A stretch of 64,000 nucleotides of DNA from Prorocentrum cordatum (taxonomy: Eukaryota), in contig CAUYUJ010000002.1 in assembly GCA_963575745.1 (NCBI GenBank), forward strand, positions 2,232,001 to 2,296,000. The letters are read 5' to 3'. Both the position numbers and the translations under genes were made by a program. How positions within the stretch are numbered: the stretch's first letter is position 1; every line of letters begins with the position of its first letter. Positions 62,135 to 64,000 of the stretch are shown piece by piece. Under the pieces are notes generated by a model. It searched no databases. It was not told the DNA's origin and saw only the letters and a program-made list of their open reading frames with translations.

Positions 62135-63985
62135 AATTTTGGAAACGAGTGTGCGCGGCGCTGAAGCGAGAGCCACATTTTGAAAAGGAGCAGCCCTCAA
62201 TCCGCGAATTTCTTGCAACTTTAAAAAGCGAGTGTGCGCCGCGCAATGGCGAGAACCACAGTTTGAAAGGGAACCGCCCTCAATCCGTGAAACTCTTGCA
62301 ATTTTCTAGAACGAATGTGCGCCGCGCTAAGGCGAGAGCCACATTTCGATAACTACTCGCCCTCAATCCGTGATTTATTGTAAGTTTTTTAAAAGCGAGT
62401 GTGCGCCGCGCTAAGGCGAGAGCCACATCTCGAAAACGACCTGCCCTCAATATGTAAAGCTTTTGCAATTTTTCCCAACCATCCTGTGGTGTTGGGTCTT
62501 CGTTTTGAAGAGACGGTGCCCCGCGTTCCTCTCCTCTACTTCTCCTCCCTCCCCCTCCTCCCCCTCCTCCTTCCTCCATGCGTTTCACGTGGCCCCATAG
62601 GGAGCCCCACCGAAGGTCCCACTGACACCGTCCGCATGCGTCCCGCACACCCAATACAGCATTTCGTGGCCCCCTCCTCCCTCGTCCCTGCGCTTCACCG
62701 ACCCAGTACAGCGCTTCGTGGCCCCATAGGGAGCCCCACCGAGGGTCCCAGTGCTACCGTCCGCATGCGTCCCGCACACCCAGTACAGTGTTTCGTGGCC
62801 CCCACCTCCCTCTTCCTTGCCTTTCACCCACCCAGTACAGCGCTTCGTGGCCCAATCGGGAGCCCCACCGAAGGTCCAACTGCTACCGTCCGCATGCGTC
62901 CCGCACACCCAGTACAGCGCTTCGTGGCCCCATAGGGAGCCCCACCGAAAGTCTCACTGCTACCGTCCGCATGCGTCCCGCACACCCACTACAGCTCTGC
63001 GTGCCCGATAGGGAACTTTACCGAACCCCCCAGTGGGACAAGCCCGCATGCGTCCCGGAAACCCAGTACACCGCTTCGTGGCCCCATAGGGAGCTCCACC
63101 GAAGCCCCCAGGGGGACCGCCCGCATGCGCCCCGGAAACCCAATTCGGCAGTTTCACCCGCAGAGGACAGCGCTTCGTGGCCCCATATGGGAGCTCCACC
63201 GAAGCCCCCAGGGAGACCGCCCGCATGCGTCCCAGAAACCCAATTTGGGATTTCCACCTACCCAGTAAAGCGCTTCGTGGCCCTATCGCGTGCGTCCCGG
63301 AAGCCCAATTTGACTTTTTCAGCCACCCAGTACACCGCTTCGTGGCCCCATAGGGAGCTCCACCGAAGCCCCCAGGGGGACCGCCCGCATGCGCCCCGGA
63401 AACCCAATTTGGCAGTCTCACCCGCACAGTAGTGCGCTTCGTGGCCCCATCGGGAGCTCCACCGAAGCCTCCAGTGGGACCGCCCGCATGCGTCCCCGAA
63501 AACCAGTATGGCGTTTTCAGACACCCAGTACACCGTTTCGTGGCCCCAGAGGGAGCTCCACCGAAGCCCCCAGTGGGACCGTCCGCATGCGCCCCAGGAG
63601 CCCAATTTGGCGTTTTCGGCCACCCAATACAGCGCTTCGTGACCCGCTAGGGATCTCCACAGAAGCCCCCAGTGGGACCGCCCGCAGTTGTCCTGGACAC
63701 CAAATTTGGCATTTTCACCCACCCAGCACAGCGCTTCGCGGCCCCATAGGGAGCTCCACCGACGGCTCCAATGCTACCGCCCGCATGGGTCCCCAACACC
63801 CAGCGCAGCGCTTCGTGGTCCCATTGGGGAGCTTCACCGAAGAAGAGATTCACAATCGTGGTACCCACAATTGCATATGGTTGGATCCTTCGCCAGGATA
63901 ATTTGAAACGAGTGTGCGCCGCGCCAAGGCGAGAGCCACATGTTGAAAACGACCCGCCCTCCATCTTTGATACATTGCCAAGTTT
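62135..63985. repeat. 83-bp tandem repeat, interrupted by 62472-63901
   Basis: GAGTGTGCGC at 62147, 62230, 62313, 62397, then 63910. Confidence 0.82.
62472..63901 (+). mobile_element. Complete family 1 satellite-bearing element with Helentron/HINE-like termini
   Basis: T-run, CCCAACCAT (62474) with nearby GTTGGG, satellite core, ATGGTTGG (63877), stem-loop ATCCT-TCGCC-AGGAT, ATTT; no TSD. Confidence 0.8.
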
Positions 63986-64000
63986 CAAGGTTCAGAGTCA

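Overview
Repeat-dominated, GC-rich eukaryotic window, almost certainly from a dinoflagellate (20/22 match to the DinoSL spliced leader at 55209-55230; composition suggests a Prorocentrum-like genome, which is inference). Most track ORFs are repeat artefacts. Supported content: (1) a structurally complete but decayed 7.9-kb tyrosine-recombinase retrotransposon (43509-51384) with split direct repeats A1..B1-A2-B2, ORF1, RT, an RNase H interrupted by a C5 DNA-methyltransferase domain, and a YR, integrated without TSD into a satellite monomer; (2) a processed retrogene (TSD, relic spliced leader, ~860-aa glyco/sulfotransferase-like ORF, A-rich tract, TSD; 55194-58123) later invaded by a 268-bp TIR element with 8-bp TSD (Introner candidate); (3) two decayed LINE ORF2 fragments; (4) three unrelated satellite-carrying families sharing Helentron/HINE-like termini, partly nested in one another; (5) a foldback-like element, two MITE-like families, a recent 1.44-kb tandem duplication and many micro/minisatellites. 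No rRNA, tRNA or CRISPR array was recognised. All domain calls are by-eye motif matches, not database searches.
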